Origin: a candidate division WOR-3 bacterium
GTDB taxonomy: Bacteria; Hydrothermota; Tepidihabitantia; SM23-42; CAYGYG01
Direction: 5' to 3'
Length of the DNA stretch: 45,763 nt
Assembly (NCBI GenBank): GCA_965648915.1
Contig: CBFGIV010000015.1
Location: 1-45,763 of the forward strand
In this document: positions 45,701 to 45,763 of the stretch, in pieces
How positions within the stretch are numbered: position 1 is the first letter of the stretch
How the letters are laid out: each line of letters begins with the position of its first letter
Program-made: the position numbers and the translations under genes
The notes under the pieces: generated by a model
Seen by the model: only the letters and a program-made list of their open reading frames with translations
Database searches by the model: none
Told to the model about the DNA's origin: nothing

Positions 45701-45729
45701 TTGACAGAAGAGGGCATTCCCCGTATTAT
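45701..45729 (+). promoter_or_regulatory. sigma70-type promoter for a gene leaving the window
   Basis: TTGACA-N17-TATTAT; followed 7 nt later by an ATG (MKRLKKKGG...) and by AAAGGAGGA at the window end. Confidence 0.6.
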
Positions 45730-45763
45730 GGATATTATGAAAAGATTAAAAAAGAAAGGAGGA

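Noticed and set aside
1..45763. CRISPR arrays, prophage genes, rRNA, defence systems, stop-codon reassignment
   Set aside because: No repeat-spacer arrays or hallmark genes seen; conserved genes end at TAA, TAG and TGA under the standard code

Overview
Bacterial chromosomal window from a diderm; the gene content suggests an FCB-related candidate lineage such as WOR-3 (inference only). The left ~17 kb is a Wzx/Wzy-type surface-polysaccharide locus, visibly AT-richer from 1 to ~14.45 kb. It holds an SLBB export protein, wecB, a stand-alone Wzz-like co-polymerase, an unusual 817-aa Wzz + O-antigen ligase/polymerase fusion, a flippase, four GT4s, a GT2, a putative glycoside hydrolase and a degenerate IS3-family element. 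The rest is core-type DNA: a lone tRNA-Ile(GAT), an MscS-cNMP channel, a class V aminotransferase-serA-DUF1015 operon, yjbQ, a GT4, an orphan protein, a radical SAM gene beside a catalytically divergent tryptophanase/TPL-family lyase, a WbaP-like transferase, hslU-usp-PTS IIA-bioY, an aldehyde dehydrogenase, an ECF sigma/anti-sigma module with two bactofilin-like membrane proteins, a VOC protein, accC, acyP, a secreted M28 peptidase, hflX, a CDP-alcohol transferase and rsmI. Main signals: (i) the Wzz-polymerase fusion next to its unfused paralog; (ii) near-consensus sigma70 promoters, mostly with 16-bp spacers, placed 5-8 nt before start codons, implying widespread leaderless mRNAs; (iii) a SigW-type ECF promoter built on the sigma gene's own stop codon, driving the anti-sigma and effectors; (iv) a beta-eliminating lyase lacking the canonical catalytic Tyr. 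All calls come from reading the sequence; no searches were run.
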